64,000 nt of DNA from Candidatus Omnitrophota bacterium (GTDB lineage Bacteria > Omnitrophota > Gorgyraeia > JABMRN01 > RBG-13-46-9): the NCBI GenBank assembly GCA_043817155.1, contig JBDRHE010000085.1:1464-65463 (forward strand). The letters run 5' to 3'. Position numbers and translations under genes: made by a program. Below the pieces are notes generated by a model. It did not search any database and was not told where the DNA came from. It saw nothing but the letters and a program-made list of their open reading frames with translations. How positions within the stretch are numbered: position 1 is the first letter of the stretch; each line of letters starts with the position of its first letter. Below are positions 1 to 10,037 of this stretch, piece after piece.

Positions 1-216
1 CTAAGAGACTACGGTATAGGCGCCCAGATCCTTGTGGATCTGGGCCTCAAGAGAATAAAGTTATTGACTAACAACCCGCAGAAGATCGTAGGATTGGAGG
101 GTTACGGCCTTAAGATCGTCGAAAGGATTCCGATAGAGATAAGACCGGTAGATACCACGAAGAAATATCTTAAAACAAAGAAACAAAAATTGGGACATGT
201 GCTGAGGCATGCGTAA
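1..216 (+). CDS. ribBA: C-terminal part (GTP cyclohydrolase II domain) of bifunctional RibBA; 5' end lies outside the window
   Basis: Frame 1 is open from base 1 ([37 protein letters not shown]...); this is the typical RibA C-terminus. ribH follows immediately. Confidence 0.8.
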   Translation, partial: LRDYGIGAQILVDLGLKRIKLLTNNPQKIVGLEGYGLKIVERIPIEIRPVDTTKKYLKTKKQKLGHVLRHA

Positions 217-245
217 GTTATAGGTGGTAATTTAAGGAGGAAAAA

Positions 246-710
246 ATGAAAGTAGTTAAGGGATCGTTGATCGCAACTGGCTTAAAGATAGGTATTGTGG
301 TACCGCGTTTTAACGAATTTGTGTCTGCGAAGCTTCTTGATGGCGCCGAAGATGCGTTGCTTCAGCATGGTGTTGATGAGAAGGATATCTCAGTCTTTTG
401 GGTGCCGGGTTCATTCGAAATACCGCCGCTTGCGCTCAGACTAGCGCGCTCGAAAAAGTATGACGCTGTAATCTGTCTCGGTACCGTAATACGAGGCGAT
501 ACGCCGCATTTTGATTACGTTTCAGGCGAGGTGGCCAAAGGAGTGGCGCAGGTTGCGCTGGCAGAGAACATACCGTGCATTTTTGGTGTTATAACTACAG
601 ATACTTTAGAACAGGCCATAGACCGCGCCGGAGCAAAAGGCGGCAACAAGGGAAGAGACGCAGCTGTATCCGCCATAGAGATGGCTAACCTTTACAAGAA
701 GGTAAAATAG
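246..710 (+). CDS. ribH: 6,7-dimethyl-8-ribityllumazine synthase
   Basis: 154 aa; [13 protein letters not shown]...[14 protein letters not shown] lumazine synthase signature; SD AGGAGG lies upstream. Confidence 0.9.
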   Translation: MKVVKGSLIATGLKIGIVVPRFNEFVSAKLLDGAEDALLQHGVDEKDISVFWVPGSFEIPPLALRLARSKKYDAVICLGTVIRGDTPHFDYVSGEVAKGVAQVALAENIPCIFGVITTDTLEQAIDRAGAKGGNKGRDAAVSAIEMANLYKKVK

Positions 711-717
711 ATCTACT

Positions 718-1155
718 ATGAGAAACAGAACAAAAGGTCGGGAATGCGCCCTTAAGATACTGTATGCTGCTGAGATAAGGCAAGACTCCCAGGGTGAGTG
801 CGCGCAAACGTTCTGGGACAACCATCTTATGATAAAGGACGACATAAAGGCCTTTACGTCCTTTCTGATCGAGGGTGTCGCAAATAACAAAGACTCTATA
901 GACGGCGTCATTTCAAAATACGCAAAGAATTGGCAGATCAAGCGAATGGCGATAATCGACAGAAATATACTGAGGCTTGCGACATTTGAACTTCTCTTTT
1001 CCGAGGATATACCGCCCAAGGTATCTATAAATGAAGCTATAGAGATCGCCAAGAGATACGGGGATAAAGAATCCGGAAAGTTTGTAAACGGGATCCTGGA
1101 TAAAATAAATAAGTCTGAGAAGAAACACAGCGAGGATACGGTCAAACCCGACTGA
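718..1155 (+). CDS. nusB: transcription antitermination factor NusB
   Basis: 145 aa; ALKILYAAEI...AIIDRNILRLATFEL NusB fold motifs; classical ribH-nusB linkage. Confidence 0.85.
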   Translation: MRNRTKGRECALKILYAAEIRQDSQGECAQTFWDNHLMIKDDIKAFTSFLIEGVANNKDSIDGVISKYAKNWQIKRMAIIDRNILRLATFELLFSEDIPPKVSINEAIEIAKRYGDKESGKFVNGILDKINKSEKKHSEDTVKPD

Positions 1156-1171
1156 ACAAGGAAGTTACTTT

Positions 1172-1996
1172 GTGAAATACGCCGATCTGCATCTCCACAC
1201 GATATATTCTGACGGAACATACACCCCAAAAGAGCTCGTACGAAGCGCAAAGAGCAAAGGGTTCTCATGCATTTCGATCTGTGATCACGACTGTGTAGAC
1301 GCAATCGATCCGGCCTTAGAGTACTCAAAGAAAGATCCTATCGAGATCATCCCGGGCGTAGAGATTACTGTTATGCGCAGAGGCCAGGAATTGCACATGC
1401 TGGGGTATTTCATCTCATGGAAGGAGCCCTGGTTTGCTGATACCCTCAAAAGGATTCAGGGAGACAGGATTACCCGGCTAGACAAGATGCTGGAGAAGCT
1501 TAAGGGTTTTGACGTGCAGCTCGATAAGGAGAGGGTGCTAGCGATCGCGGGAGGCAAGGGTTCGGTAGGCAGGCTCCATTTAGCGCGCGCTTTATATGAG
1601 GCAAAGGCTGTCACTTCGGTGCAGATGGCGTTCGATAAATATATCGGGGACTTTAAGCCATGCTATGTGGAGGAGATCGGCTTCAGTCCCCGGGAAGCCA
1701 TAGAGATCATATTAAAAGCAAAAGGTGTCCCCATTTTGGCGCATCCGGGTAAGATGATAGATCGGGCAACTATTGTGGAATTTGTAAAGTACGGTTTGTG
1801 CGGTATCGAAACCTTTCACCCCGATCACAACTCTGCAACGCGCAGCTTACATGAACGAGTAGCCAAAGAGTGTGGGCTATTGCTTACAGGCGGATCAGAT
1901 TGTCACGGATACGGTTCCGGCAAATTGCTTATGGGCAGCGTAAAAGTCCCCTATGAAATGGTTGAACGTTTGAAAGAACGAGCATCGAGCATTTAA
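1172..1996 (+). CDS. PHP-domain phosphoesterase, TrpH/YciV-like (GTG start)
   Basis: 274 aa; N-terminal DLHLHTIYSDG (HxH...SDG), GVEIT, ILAHPG and GGSDCHG motifs typical of PHP/TrpH family metal-dependent phosphoesterases. Confidence 0.7.
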   Translation: MKYADLHLHTIYSDGTYTPKELVRSAKSKGFSCISICDHDCVDAIDPALEYSKKDPIEIIPGVEITVMRRGQELHMLGYFISWKEPWFADTLKRIQGDRITRLDKMLEKLKGFDVQLDKERVLAIAGGKGSVGRLHLARALYEAKAVTSVQMAFDKYIGDFKPCYVEEIGFSPREAIEIILKAKGVPILAHPGKMIDRATIVEFVKYGLCGIETFHPDHNSATRSLHERVAKECGLLLTGGSDCHGYGSGKLLMGSVKVPYEMVERLKERASSI

Positions 1997-2048
1997 CCAT
2001 CGAACCGGCGCTAATCAACCAAAGCTAAAAAAGACGATATTTGCGCAG

Positions 2049-2537
2049 ATGATCCGAAAGAGAAAAACTACCAAAGACAGGCGTTTTATGCTGCGGGCTA
2101 TAGCGCTTGCAAAGAGAGCTTCCGGCAAGACATATCCAAATCCCATGGTAGGCGCGGTGATCGTAAGGCGGAACAAAATAATAAGCGAAGGATATCACAA
2201 GAGACTTGGGGCGCCTCACGCCGAAACCTCGGCCATCATCAAGGCTAAAGGCGCGACTAAAGGGGCGTCAATATATATAAATTTGGAACCGTGCACCCAT
2301 TACGGCAGGACTCCACCTTGCGCAGATCGCGTAATAGAGAGCGGGATAAAGAAGGTGTATGTGTCAATGAGAGACCCGAACCCCATTGTGAATGGCAAGG
2401 GGTTGAGATTATTAAAGGCGAATGGTATCAAGGTAAGCCTGGGGTTATGTAGTAAAGAGGCCGGGCTTCTCAATGTAGATTATGTAAAATATATGGAGAA
2501 GAAACGTGTTTACGGGAGTGATCGAAGAGACCGGTAA
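2049..2537 (+). CDS. ribD: diaminohydroxyphosphoribosylaminopyrimidine deaminase (RibD deaminase domain only; no reductase domain)
   Basis: 162 aa; CMP/dCMP-deaminase zinc motifs HAE (GAPHAETSAI) and PCxxC (EPCTHYGRTPPCADRV). The ORF ends 32 nt inside ribE, so no reductase domain is fused. Confidence 0.8.
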   Translation: MIRKRKTTKDRRFMLRAIALAKRASGKTYPNPMVGAVIVRRNKIISEGYHKRLGAPHAETSAIIKAKGATKGASIYINLEPCTHYGRTPPCADRVIESGIKKVYVSMRDPNPIVNGKGLRLLKANGIKVSLGLCSKEAGLLNVDYVKYMEKKRVYGSDRRDR

Positions 2538-3147
2538 GATACTCGATCTATCGCGACATGACAATATCTATAGATTAAGCATCTCTGCGAGCACAGCGCA
2601 GGTTTCGGTTAAACCCGGTGATAGTATATCTGTCAATGGCGCATGTCTAACCCTTGTTAGCGCTAAAAAAGAAGTATTTATCTTTGATATCATGGAAGAG
2701 ACCTACAATAGAGCCGGTTTTTCATATATGTTAAGAGGTCAGACGGTAAATCTGGAAAGGTCAATGGGGGTGAAGTCGAGATTTGAGGGACATTTTGTTT
2801 TAGGACATATAGACGCTGTTGAGAGAATAAAGGGCATGAGTAAGGGACGAAGCCCACACCTGGATATATCTATTAACAAGCGCGATGAGGGACGCGTTGT
2901 AAATAAAGGATCCGTGGCAATAGATGGCATAAGCTTGACGGTCGGTGAGGTATTTGATGACGCGATCAGGGTATATATCATCCCTTATACAATGGAGCAT
3001 ACAAATCTGAGGCTGAAACAGCCGGGTGATAAGGTAAATGTTGAATTCGACATTATTGGCAAATACGTCACTCGGAATATGGCTAAAAGGGAAGATGGTA
3101 AACCCGGGGTCACTCAGGGTTATTTGAAGGAGAAAGGTTTTATTTGA
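2506..3147 (+). CDS. ribE: riboflavin synthase (alpha subunit); GTG start overlapping ribD by 32 nt
   Basis: 213 aa; MFTGVIEETG...SVNGACLTLV plus a second lumazine-binding repeat (SLTVGEV); canonical riboflavin synthase. Confidence 0.85.
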   Translation: MFTGVIEETGKILDLSRHDNIYRLSISASTAQVSVKPGDSISVNGACLTLVSAKKEVFIFDIMEETYNRAGFSYMLRGQTVNLERSMGVKSRFEGHFVLGHIDAVERIKGMSKGRSPHLDISINKRDEGRVVNKGSVAIDGISLTVGEVFDDAIRVYIIPYTMEHTNLRLKQPGDKVNVEFDIIGKYVTRNMAKREDGKPGVTQGYLKEKGFI

Positions 3148-3229
3148 TTTATATTTAATATGGTGTTATCATAAATCATATCAAAAGAGCGGCACGGTTC
3201 AATATAACTTTAAAAAAAGGAGGTGTAAG

Positions 3230-3559
3230 GTGAAGAAAGTAATTGCACTTATCTGTTTAACAGGCGTTTTGTTGGCATGTAGCCCGCTTTACGCTGATAG
3301 TCCGCTAAAGAAATTGGGCAGGGGTACAGCCAATATTATCACGTGTCCCGCAGAGATATTCCAGCGCGTTGACGAGGTTAACAAGGATAGCGGGCCCTTA
3401 GCAGCGCTAACCTGGGGCCTCGCAAAAGGGCTGTATAGAACCGTCGTACGAGGAGCTGTAGGTGTATATGAGGTTATCTCGTTCCCGTTCCCTTTTCCGG
3501 CAGAATACAAACCTATAATTACAGACCCCGAGTTTTACATGGAAGAAGGCCTGAATTAG
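3230..3559 (+). CDS. small secreted/lipoprotein-like protein resembling the exosortase-associated TIGR04073 family
   Basis: 109 aa; signal peptide with Cys (LLACSPL); KKLGRGTANIITCPAEI motif that I recall from TIGR04073-type proteins; a paralogous architecture sits at 29535..29816. Confidence 0.4.
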   Translation: MKKVIALICLTGVLLACSPLYADSPLKKLGRGTANIITCPAEIFQRVDEVNKDSGPLAALTWGLAKGLYRTVVRGAVGVYEVISFPFPFPAEYKPIITDPEFYMEEGLN

Positions 3560-3938
3560 ATCGCTATTTATCCCATCGTTATCACACCATCTTCAAAGTC
3601 AATAAGAAAACAGGCGTAGCGATCAGCTCGTGTGGGACAATTCTTCCGCTTGCCCCGTTCCAAATCGCCCTATAAAAGCATTTGGATAAAGAAGATGTTC
3701 TCTGCGCAGAATACTTTTGCAATAGCTAAAAGTTTTAGTGGGCGATTTGTAACGGGGCTTGCCGCCCTGAAAGATGAACGATCATCTTTCATAGCTCTCA
3801 TCCAAATTTCATATTGTCATAAAAGGACAAAAGATTGTCCTAAGATGTCATAATTCTTTATGGATCGATTGTATATGAAATTTGGAGAGTCGCTACAGAA
3901 TTGCCCCACACGAGCATCATTAGAGCGTGTAAGCCAGA

Positions 3939-4129
3939 GGTGAGGGGCTTCGGCGTGGGCTCATATTCTTCTTTTGTCTCTTTACAAGGTGAGAGTTGGT
4001 AATACAAGGTATTCGTATATCCTGGCTTACGGCATTTCCTAAAGATACCAACGATCACCTTATAAAGAGACAAGATAGAAGAATCTCGGCATAATATTTT
4101 ATGCTGAGACTGCGCCGAAGACCCTCACC
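3939..4129. repeat. ~190-bp nested inverted-repeat element (outer arms ~17 bp, inner arms ~29 bp); MITE-like or structured RNA
   Basis: Outer arm GGTGAGGGGCTTCGGCG (3939..3955) pairs with GCGCCGAAGACCCTCACC (4112..4129). Inner arm TATTCTTCTTTTGTCTCTTTACAAGGTGA (3964..3992) pairs with TCACCTTATAAAGAGACAAGATAGAAGAAT (4055..4084), nearly perfect. Confidence 0.6.
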
Positions 4130-4454
4130 TTTGGCATACATTGATGCATATGCACCGGTACGCGGAAGAATTATATCACAGCCAGGTGATTGGTCCTGAA
4201 GAAATCTTTAGCCTTTAGGATATACAGGAGAGAGTGACGCAATTCACCAAATCATATGGTTTCAAAGCCTATTTTCATTGATTTTTCTATCCTTCAATGC
4301 TATATTATTAGCCTACTATATTGATATATATGTAGGGTTTTCGAAATAGGGTCTCATTATCCGCGATTTCGTAAGGATTTTCTTCTTATTTCTACCTCGA
4401 TTGCTTCCATTGGTCGCAATCGTGGCATGGAATTGTATTTTGGAAAAGATTTCA

Positions 4455-4532
4455 CGGGGAGTAGCGCAGCCTGGCTAGCGCGCTTGCTTCGGGAGCAAGA
4501 GGTCGCGGGTTCGAATCCCGCCTTCCCGACCA
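4455..4532 (+). tRNA. tRNA-Pro (anticodon CGG), CCA encoded
   Basis: Manual fold: acceptor CGGGGAG/CTTCCCG (one GU pair), D-stem GCGC/GCGC, anticodon stem CTTGC/GCAAG with loop TTCGGGA, T-arm GCGGGTTCGAATCCCGC, discriminator A, then CCA. Confidence 0.85.
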
Positions 4533-4567
4533 TCTTTTATGAAAATTCTTACGGAATCTTATTCTAA

Positions 4568-4861
4568 ATGAAGAATATGGCAAAGGAACGGGCAAGGATA
4601 GTGTATTCCGGAACGGTTCAGGGCGTGGGGTTCAGGTTCGCTACTGAACGGACTGCCAATTCCATCGGCCTCGTTGGATGTGTTAGAAACTGCCCTGATG
4701 GAACGGTGGAAGTCGTCTGCGAGGGCGAGAGAGACAAAATACAACTATTTATTGAAAAGCTAGGTGAAGCCATGTCCTATTATATTAGCTCAAACATGGT
4801 AACCTGGCATAATGCAACAGACGAATTCGATTCATTTGATGTAAGGTTTTTGGGATTTTAA
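4568..4861 (+). CDS. acyP: acylphosphatase
   Basis: 97 aa; VQGVGFRF acylphosphatase signature followed by GxVxN...DG.VE pattern. Confidence 0.75.
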   Translation: MKNMAKERARIVYSGTVQGVGFRFATERTANSIGLVGCVRNCPDGTVEVVCEGERDKIQLFIEKLGEAMSYYISSNMVTWHNATDEFDSFDVRFLGF

Positions 4862-4868
4862 GGATCTT

Positions 4869-8111
<3,243 letters not shown>

Positions 8112-8123
8112 AATAGGGTATTT

Positions 8124-8738
8124 ATGATAAATGTGGAGACATTCGTTTTAGGATTGTTTGAGACGAACTGCTACTTAGTATATAGCCCGGCTACCAAGAC
8201 CGGTTTCTTGATAGATCCGGGTTCCTTTGATGAAAGAATAACGACTTTTATCAGAAAGAACGGTATCAGGATAAAGAGCATTTTAAATACACACGGACAT
8301 GCCGACCATACCGCGGGTGATGGAAAATTCGGTTACCCGGTCCAGATTCACAAGGATGACAGCGATTTTTTGAAAGATCCAGTAAAGAACCTCTCATCCT
8401 TTACCGGCATGAACTTATCGTTGCCGAAGGCAAGTCGGCTTCTAAACGATGGAGATATCATTGAAGATGGCGGCATCGCCATGGAAGTTATTCATACTCC
8501 CGGCCATACGCCCGGGAGCGTAAGCTTGAAGTTGGGGAATAAGATCTTTACGGGGGATACCCTTTTTCGGGAAGGGGTCGGGAGAACGGATTTCCCGGCG
8601 TCTAGCGACAAAGCGCTTATGGAGTCGATAAAAAAGCGACTACTTGTGTTCGATGATGAAACCCAGATATTTCCCGGCCATGGACCATCCTCCACAATAG
8701 GACACGAGAGGAAGAATAACCCGTTTCTTTCGGGGTAA
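8124..8738 (+). CDS. MBL-fold metallo-hydrolase (glyoxalase II-like)
   Basis: 204 aa; HGHADHTAGD metallo-beta-lactamase motif, followed by HTPGHTPGS and D...H motifs. Confidence 0.8.
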   Translation: MINVETFVLGLFETNCYLVYSPATKTGFLIDPGSFDERITTFIRKNGIRIKSILNTHGHADHTAGDGKFGYPVQIHKDDSDFLKDPVKNLSSFTGMNLSLPKASRLLNDGDIIEDGGIAMEVIHTPGHTPGSVSLKLGNKIFTGDTLFREGVGRTDFPASSDKALMESIKKRLLVFDDETQIFPGHGPSSTIGHERKNNPFLSG

Positions 8739-8740
8739 AG

Positions 8741-9628
8741 ATGCTTGAACTGATAGATCAATTCTTAGATTATCTCTCCATCGAAAGGGGCTTGAGTGCC
8801 AATACCATAAAGAGTTACAGGCAGGATCTTATAAAGTATGTCGAATATCTTAAGCGGCATGGCGCAAGGAACGTGGGAGATGTTAAAAGAAACCAGATTA
8901 CGAAGTTTCTATTCTTCTTGAAGGATAGCGGGCTTGCGGCGAATTCCATTTCAAGAAATCTCGTTGCAATAAAGGTATTTTACAGATTTCTGGTATCCGA
9001 GAGGATCGTTAAGGAAGATATCGCAAGCATATTGGAATCCCCGCGTCTGATGAAGAATCTTCCGGATGTGCTGACCGTAGATGAAGTGACGCGGATGATC
9101 GAGGCTTCGGATGTGCGTAACACTTTGGGCGCAAGGGACAGGGCCGCGATGGAGCTTATATATGCTACAGGTATGAGGGTTTCGGAGGTGGTTGAGCTCA
9201 CTCAGGAGAGCCCGAATCTCGATATGGGATTTATAAGATGCGTCGGAAAAGGTTCAAAAGAGCGCATAATCCCTGTAGGTAAGGCAGCCCGAAGCGCTTT
9301 AGAGAGGTATCTCAGAAGATCCAGGCCTAAATTATGCGGGCGCCTTCAAAGTAAGCATCTCTTCCTATCAAGGCTGGGAAAGAAGATCTCACGGCAATCT
9401 TTCTGGAAGATGATAAAGAAATATGCAAAGGCGGCCGGAATAAATAAACAGATATCCCCGCATGTCCTTCGGCACTCATTCGCAACGCACTTGCTTGAAA
9501 AAGGAGCAGATCTAAGAAGCGTCCAGGAGATGCTCGGCCATGCCGACATCGCCACAACTCAAATATATACACATATAAATAAGTCCAGGCTGAAGGGAAT
9601 ACATAAGAAATTTCACCCGAGAGGGTAA
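8741..9628 (+). CDS. site-specific tyrosine recombinase, XerC/XerD family
   Basis: 295 aa; N-terminal SAM-like domain (DQFLDYLSIERGLSANTIKSYRQDL); catalytic R..H..R..Y region (LRHSFATHLLEKGADLRSVQEMLGHADIATTQIYTHI). Confidence 0.85.
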   Translation: MLELIDQFLDYLSIERGLSANTIKSYRQDLIKYVEYLKRHGARNVGDVKRNQITKFLFFLKDSGLAANSISRNLVAIKVFYRFLVSERIVKEDIASILESPRLMKNLPDVLTVDEVTRMIEASDVRNTLGARDRAAMELIYATGMRVSEVVELTQESPNLDMGFIRCVGKGSKERIIPVGKAARSALERYLRRSRPKLCGRLQSKHLFLSRLGKKISRQSFWKMIKKYAKAAGINKQISPHVLRHSFATHLLEKGADLRSVQEMLGHADIATTQIYTHINKSRLKGIHKKFHPRG

Positions 9629-9640
9629 AAAACCAAAAAT

Positions 9641-9668
9641 TATCCCGCCGTTACTTTTGTATGGCGGG
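9641..9668 (-). terminator. intrinsic-terminator-like hairpin whose U-tract lies on the minus strand
   Basis: ATCCCGCC-N13-GGCGGGAT stem. On the minus strand the hairpin is followed by AATTTTTGGTTTTTT; on the plus strand there is no T-run after it. Confidence 0.4.
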
Positions 9669-9779
9669 ATCGCGCAATGTGCAAGCACGGCGGGAAAAAG
9701 CAACTACCAAAAAGTAAAAGTACAAATGGAAAAAATATTTTTAAATATTTGAATTCATTGCTTTCCAAATTAACTTTTT

Positions 9780-9885
9780 GTCATTCCCGCGGAAGCCTGC
9801 CCGCCTGCGGCAAGCAGGCAAGCGGGAATCCAGACGAAACTCTCGCCTGGATCCCCGCTTGCGCGGGGATGACATGTGAGAAAAG
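9780..9885. repeat. GC-rich double-hairpin intergenic repeat element, copy A (second copy at 60144..60222)
   Basis: GTCATTCCCGCG...GCGGGAATCC (ATTCCC...GGGAAT hairpin, here with a 27-nt insertion), then GGATCCCCGCTTGCGCGGGGATGACATGTGAGAAAAG; near-identical to 60144..60222. Confidence 0.65.
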
Positions 9886-10037
9886 CGGTCATGACAAAGT
9901 TTCGAATGTCAAAACGATATTTCCGTCGATATAGTACAACTCATTTGGAAACGAATGATTTGGTTTGTATTTTTGGTTTTTAGTTTTTGGTCTTTGCTTT
10001 TTTGCAAAAATTATTTAAACTTAGAATTTCAAAAAAG

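Noticed and set aside
606-1328. 240-aa minus-strand ORF overlapping ribH and nusB
   Set aside because: It is antisense to two well-supported conserved genes, Cys/Ser/Leu-rich, with no homology. I judged it a spurious shadow ORF, like many other antisense ORFs in the track (e.g. 10499..11104, 11162..11812, 19682..20158, 20198..20983, 50942..51427, 59206..59643, 62164..62670).
3939-4129. 6S RNA (SsrS) candidate because of the long rod-like fold
   Set aside because: The fold is almost fully paired, without the large central bubble flanked by two stems that defines 6S RNA. Kept as a generic inverted-repeat element instead.
9780-9829. Inference that the organism is Neisseria because of dRS3-like ATTCCC-N8-GGGAAT repeats
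   Set aside because: Only the short motif shape matches. The flanking repeat sequence, gene content and gene order do not resemble Neisseria, so the resemblance is treated as convergent hairpin architecture.
9677-9934. 85-aa plus-strand ORF in the xerD-CCA spacer
   Set aside because: It is made almost entirely of the GC-rich hairpin repeat (the translation contains ACAGMT from GCGCGGGGATGACA). The same sequence recurs intergenically at 60144..60222, so it is a repeat, not a gene.
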